The translations under genes and the position numbers were made by a program. Source: Psammoneis japonica (lineage: Eukaryota). From it: a DNA stretch of 64,000 nt. The stretch spans positions 17,778 through 81,777 of the forward strand of contig QPGO01000176.1 in NCBI GenBank assembly GCA_008632985.1, read 5' to 3'. Of this stretch, positions 62,613-64,000 are shown piece by piece. Under the pieces are notes generated by a model. The model ran no database searches. It saw only the letters and a list, made by a program, of their open reading frames with translations, and was not told where the DNA came from. Every line of letters starts with the position of its first letter. The first letter of the stretch is position 1.

Positions 62613-64000
62613 CTAAATGGCGTAGCCATTCGAATGGTTCTGAAACACGTCGTACATATGAGTGCCAGCGCTATTGCGTGATTTCCTGTTGTATGCATCA
62701 GTTTGAGCGAAATCAACGTGAGACAAAAGAATCCTTGTGAAACAGGCGGCAGAAGTACGCAAGAAACTTACGAGATAAGACCAAGGATTCTTCTTTTCAG
62801 GCTCGATTCAGGCACGTCGACCATTAATCGCTTCTCGAACCGCTTCAAAGACACCCCGTGGCCATACCGAACTCCAGTGAAGCATGGGTAGTTGCTCTTG
62901 TACATCATGATTTCGACGAGACCAAGAGCAATCTGGGAATTGTTCCGCGCAGCCATAAATCCTTCCACAAAGAGGTCTTGGAATTCCTTGAAGCACTTTG
63001 AACCCGCACCGCCCATGACTTCGATGTATTCATTGGTAAGCTTGAACGGTGCCTTCTCAAAGCTAAACTCGTGGCCCGGAGCCATGCCCATTGCAAAGCC
63101 AAAGTCAATGTGAATGAGGCGTCCCTTGGTATCAATCATAATGTTGCCGTTGTGCCGGTCCTTGAGGCCTAGCAGATATGTAACCAAAGAATATGCCGCT
63201 AGACTCTGCATGAAGTTCTTTTGCGCCTCCTGAAAGGATCGGCTGTCGGGTGAACCATAAACTTGTTCAAAGTACGCTCGCAACCCACCCTCTGTTGGAT
63301 AGCCTTCCGACTTTTTCAGACCATCGATCGAAGTGGCATCCGTAAGCACTTCGATAAGTCCCGTGTCCTTGGAAGTGCTCAAGATACGGTAGGTCTTCAG
63401 CCAAAGAGGAAGCCCTACGTTCGCAAAGACGGATTTGTAGTAGTGGATCATTTGCATAACAAACACCTCCTGGCGTAAGTCATCGTTGGATTTCGCCATT
63501 ACAGTCTCAATTTCCATTTGGACACCTTCAGCGTCATTGGATGCTGTGGACGAGTTCTCTTTGAGCATTCTTGCGGTTTTCTCCGCAAAGGTCTCCCCGT
63601 GACACACAATCGCCTTGGCCCGCTCAATCGACTCGCTATCAATGTCGCCTTCTTCCATATCACCCAAAATGATTCCACCCATATTCATAATACTACTGCT
63701 TCGAACTGAAACGACGCTATTCTGTCCATCAGCGCTGCTGTCGCCCTCATCGTGGCTCCCTGCTTCACCGATAATTGGGACAGAAGGAGAACTTGCAACA
63801 TCCATCATGGAGTTGATATTTTTGATATCCTTGACGGAAGCGCGTCTCTTCTCGATGCGGTTGACAATTTTTGACGGCGCCTTGACTAGATTCTCAGCCA
63901 TGAAGCTTCGAAGCATCCTGTTGCCCTTTCCGTGCGGGTGGTGCTGCTGACCCTCCGCCGTGGCCGCTGGGTCGCGGTCACCGAACCAAATGTTCTTAAC
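62613..64000 (-). CDS. PI4KB: Phosphatidylinositol 4-kinase type III beta-like, 3' part; intron 62686-62771
   Basis: KSNDDLRQE, LGLKDRHNGNIM, HIDFGF and FEKAPFKLT. Spliced last exon KSRNSAGTHMYDVFQNHSNGYAI*. Confidence 0.92.

Overview
Eukaryotic nuclear DNA, most likely a diatom, judged from short GT-AG introns, a bipartite plastid-type presequence and diatom-like transposases. Islands of intact genes alternate with decayed repeats and pseudogenised host-gene fragments. Intact genes: GH47 alpha-1,2-mannosidase, an ODC-like protein lacking the catalytic Lys, a ClpS-like adaptor, mitochondrial Cpn60, a LETM1-like protein, a PPR protein and the PI4K-beta 3' end. Transposon relics: Tc1/mariner, an ISL2EU/Harbinger-like element carrying an XPG/FEN1-like nuclease, Helitron helicase, piggyBac, a DIRS-like RT fragment and a MITE. 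Host-gene fragments: FEX, COG6, homoserine kinase, ValRS, MenD, ClpS (two) and an LRR protein. The strongest signal is a set of multi-kb, mostly sharply bounded domains, about half the window, almost free of the dinucleotide TpA. Paired copies inside the window (split terminal inverted repeats, duplicated gene fragments, tandem repeats) show directional TpA->TpG/CpA change, and conserved Tyr residues appear as Cys or His. This looks like a repeat-associated A:T->G:C hypermutation, the mirror image of fungal RIP, and is partly independent of CpG decay. Family assignments come from recalled motifs, not database searches; counts were made by eye.
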